This document shows, piece by piece, positions 62,975 through 64,000 of a stretch of 64,000 nt of DNA. The position numbers and the translations under genes were made by a program. Below the pieces are notes generated by a model, which saw nothing but the letters and a program-made list of their open reading frames with translations, did not search any database and had not been told where the DNA came from. Positions within the stretch are counted from its first letter, which is position 1. Each line of letters starts with the position of its first letter. Source of the stretch: Mobula birostris (Eukaryota); NCBI RefSeq assembly GCF_030028105.1, contig NC_092374.1:90362491-90426490 (forward strand). Reading direction: 5' to 3'.

Positions 62975-63248
62975 CACCTAGTTAGGAGAGATATGATGAA
63001 CTTGGGCGCGGCACCGTGTGCCTGGACCTGCCCAAGGCCTCCGCCAAAGGAAGGGCTGAGCTCGAAGAAGCGGCTGCAGCTGGAGGCCAACACGGCCTCG
63101 GGCTCCAGTTCAGCAGGCGGTGCCAAGGCGGCCAGCAAGAACAAACTGGAGGAGAGGCTGTACTCGGTGCTGTCGCAAGATCGAAGAAGATGGAGGTGCA
63201 TAGCCGCCAACCCTGGATTCGGGATGGCACCCACTGACTGACTGACTG
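62975..63248 (+). mobile_element. RTE-clade LINE 3' end, interrupted by a host-gene fragment
   Basis: LVRRDMMNLG ... (S/A)QDRRRWRCIAA matches the RTE ORF C-terminal D..LG...AQDR..WR motif; ends in an (ACTG)4 tail at 63233-63248. Confidence 0.65.
63008..63173 (+). pseudogene. ZFTRAF1: Circularly permuted fragment of the ZFTRAF1 (CYHR1) N-terminal coding region
   Basis: Segment A (63011-63043) encodes (C)[10 protein letters not shown]; segment B (63044-63173) encodes PKEGLSSKKRLQLEA...[10 protein letters not shown]. The recalled native order is KKRL...[26 protein letters not shown]. Confidence 0.8.
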
Positions 63249-63871
63249 TAGGCCACTCATCAAATCAATTCTGTTCCACCATCAAATTATGGCTGATTTT
63301 TACCCAACTCCATTCTTCTTCTTTTTCCCTATGTCCCTTAACTACCTTATCAATCTCTGCCTTAAGTACACCCAGCGACTTATCCTCCTCAGCCATCTCT
63401 GGCAATTAATCTCACCACTTTATGGCTGAAGAAGCTCCTCCTCATCTCAGTTCTAAAGGGACACCCTTTCATTCTAACTCTGTGCCCTCAGACCCAAGAC
63501 TCTCCTACCAATGGAACTATCCTCTCCAATTCCACTCTATCCACGACTTTCAGTAGATTCCCCCCTCGTCCTTCCGAACTCCATCAAGTACAGGTCCGGA
63601 GATGTCAGACACTCCTCCCACATCAAGCCTTGGGCTCATTCCCGTGAGCCTCCTCTGGATCTTCCTTGTATTCCTCGCCCCTTGCTCAGGGACAGGGACA
63701 AGATTCCTTGGCCTTCTCATTGCTACCATGAAAGAGGAGGTACAGGAGTTTGAAAACATTTTAGGGACCGTTTCTTCCCCCTCATCCATCAGATTTCTGA
63801 GCGGGCAACAAATCCATGTAAGCTACATCACTTTGTTCTCTTTTTACGCTACTTTTTTAATTTAATATATA

Positions 63872-64000
63872 CAGTGTCTGCAAAAAGTATTAAACCCCTT
63901 GGAAGTTTTCATGTTTTACTGTTTTACAACATTGAATCACAGTGGATTTAATTTGGCTTTTTTTTGATGCTGATCAACAGAAAAAGACTCCTTCATGTCA
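63872..64000 (+). mobile_element. Left end of a Tc1-family DNA transposon
   Basis: TA|CAGTGTCTGCAAAAAGTATTAAACCCCTTGG, a typical Tc1 terminus. Confidence 0.7.

Overview
Vertebrate genomic DNA, most likely a cartilaginous fish (probably a ray), judged from its repeats: CR1, Rex1/Babar, R4, RTE, Penelope-like, Tc1, hAT, Harbinger, Gypsy and an ERV remnant. Roughly three quarters looks transposon-derived (visual estimate). Two minus-strand immunoglobulin-superfamily loci were reconstructed exon by exon. (1) A PILR/Siglec-like activating receptor locus (17.8-30.1 kb). It has three tandem leader+V cassettes, only the most distal with an intact leader, all upstream of a single stalk/TM exon carrying an FcR-gamma-type Arg and a short tail exon. 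(2) A 161-aa single-IgV B7/butyrophilin-like protein (55.6-61.2 kb) ending in a hydrophobic tail (GPI-like). Two unusual host-sequence captures sit inside retroelements. One is a ~166-bp circularly permuted fragment of the ZFTRAF1/CYHR1 coding sequence inside an RTE LINE 3' end (63.0 kb). The other is apparently intronless myosin heavy chain rod sequence replacing the RNaseH/integrase region of a two-LTR Gypsy element (33.6-34.2 kb). All family assignments come from manual motif recognition without database searches, and repeat boundaries are approximate.
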